A stretch of DNA of 63,473 bases, counting the filler, from Folioceros fuciformis (Eukaryota), in NCBI GenBank assembly GCA_049999805.1. It is 19 parts of 19 records of this genome, joined end to end, with 100 filler letters (N's around TTAATTAATTAA, not from the genome) between each part and the next. Parts side by side here need not be neighbours in the genome. Positions count along the whole stretch, not along the records: positions 60,610 to 63,473 come from JBNGIO010002907.1; 18 more parts are not named here. The stretch is one strand, 5' to 3'. Shown here one piece after another: positions 62,424 through 63,473 of this stretch. The notes beneath the pieces are model-generated. The model saw only the letters and a program-made list of their open reading frames with translations, searched no databases and had not been told where the DNA came from. Both the position numbers and the translations under genes were made by a program. Every line of letters begins with the position of its first letter. Positions within the stretch are counted from its first letter, which is position 1.

Positions 62424-62842
62424 CCCAAGAGGCACTTTTCACCACAACCACACATTACGCTATCTAGACAGCTACCAGATGTGGCAGCGCTTAGCAAGGA
62501 CTTACATTCTAGCTTTGCCTAAGCAGGCTGTTTGCCGCCAACTCAGTTTTTCCTGATCAGGCGCAGACCCTGTTCTCCCACTCCATTCTGTTTCTGCCAC
62601 CCCGGCTTGTTATCACCTCTGTCATGCATGAACTTGCAGGAGTGCCTCCTTGTAGTCTTTGCAAATGTCTGGCTGCAGTCTATCCTCAAACCCGATACCT
62701 AGAGGAGGACCTAAACAACGTAATCAACTCTAGCACCCGAAACCCTAAACTCTAACACGCCAGCATCTTTTCTCCTAGCACACCACCATCGTCTTCTATT
62801 CGTTCGCCAGCATGTTTTCTCCCAGCTCACCACCATCGTCTT

Positions 62843-63434
62843 CTATTCGTTCACGCCAATATGGCGGAGCAGACGAGTCCTTCTGGACTCCAGAGTACCA
62901 CTTGTGTCAAGACCATAAGCGATGAGCAACGCATTCAGGATATGTCCGGCACACTTTCGAAAAATTGGAAGATTCGTCGGAGGATCTGGTGGCATCACCT
63001 GACCCCGGATAGGTAGCAGCCACTCAATTGGTGAAGTGCCCTTAAGTTGAGCATTTACAATTCTTAATGTCGAGTTGATTTCAATCCTCCGAGGTTCCTC
63101 TTCAATATTGGCCAAGGTATTTGGCACACCTTTCATATGCTGGTGAAGGTGCCGTATAGAAGCATCCATATCCTGGATGGAAGCCTTGATATCATGGATG
63201 CATAGCCTGTGTAGAAGCCTCTGAAGAAGCCTGAATAGAAGCCTGCACAGCCTGTATAGAAGCCTGTGTAGAAGCCTGCATAGCCTGTGTAGAAGCCTCC
63301 AGAGCGGCCATCTGAACTTGTTGCTCTACGGCGGGCAAATTTGACATGTGAGGAATCTCAGTCCGAATTTGAGCTATCGCTGTGAAAAGATGCTCATACC
63401 CTTGGTCTACTTCGTTGCAGTCAGGCTGCTCCAT
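62843..63434 (-). pseudogene. Mug135-like C-terminal-domain protein with an N-terminal coiled coil; one frameshift at ~63200
   Basis: RIVNAQL...IEWLLP...P.NL..F.......LNALLIAYGLDTSGTLESRRTRLLRHIGV; two track ORFs join with one frameshift inside the AS.Q repeats. Confidence 0.65.
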
Positions 63435-63473
63435 GTATAAGAGACAACTTCTGCACGGCAGGGATGGGACGGG

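Overview
This window is not contiguous genomic DNA. It is 19 short contigs (about 1-8.5 kb) joined by 18 identical artificial 100-bp linkers (N44-TTAATTAATTAA-N44), so adjacency across a linker means nothing. The content is plant-type, most likely a non-seed streptophyte (inference from the TE types and an intron-rich CYP71-clan P450). It is dominated by nested, decayed retrotransposons: Ty1/copia, Ty3/gypsy and L1/Tx1-like LINE 3' ends. Only one clear host gene is present, a cytochrome P450 with 4 exons visible (18684-20397). The most unusual signals are: (1) a degenerate ParB/Sulfiredoxin-like ORF head-to-head with a Cys-rich, Sola-like transposase N-terminus (52262-55970); (2) a Ty3/gypsy pol whose integrase ends in a PHD finger (57683-57843); (3) a copia family whose three LTR copies all have AG...CT rather than TG...CA termini; (4) a fungal-type Mug135-like coiled-coil gene (62843-63434); (5) a complete ~0.88-kb copia-derived mini-element with a TSD; (6) an extra ~200-aa coding region upstream of copia gag. 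Domain assignments come from motif recognition by eye and need HMM confirmation.
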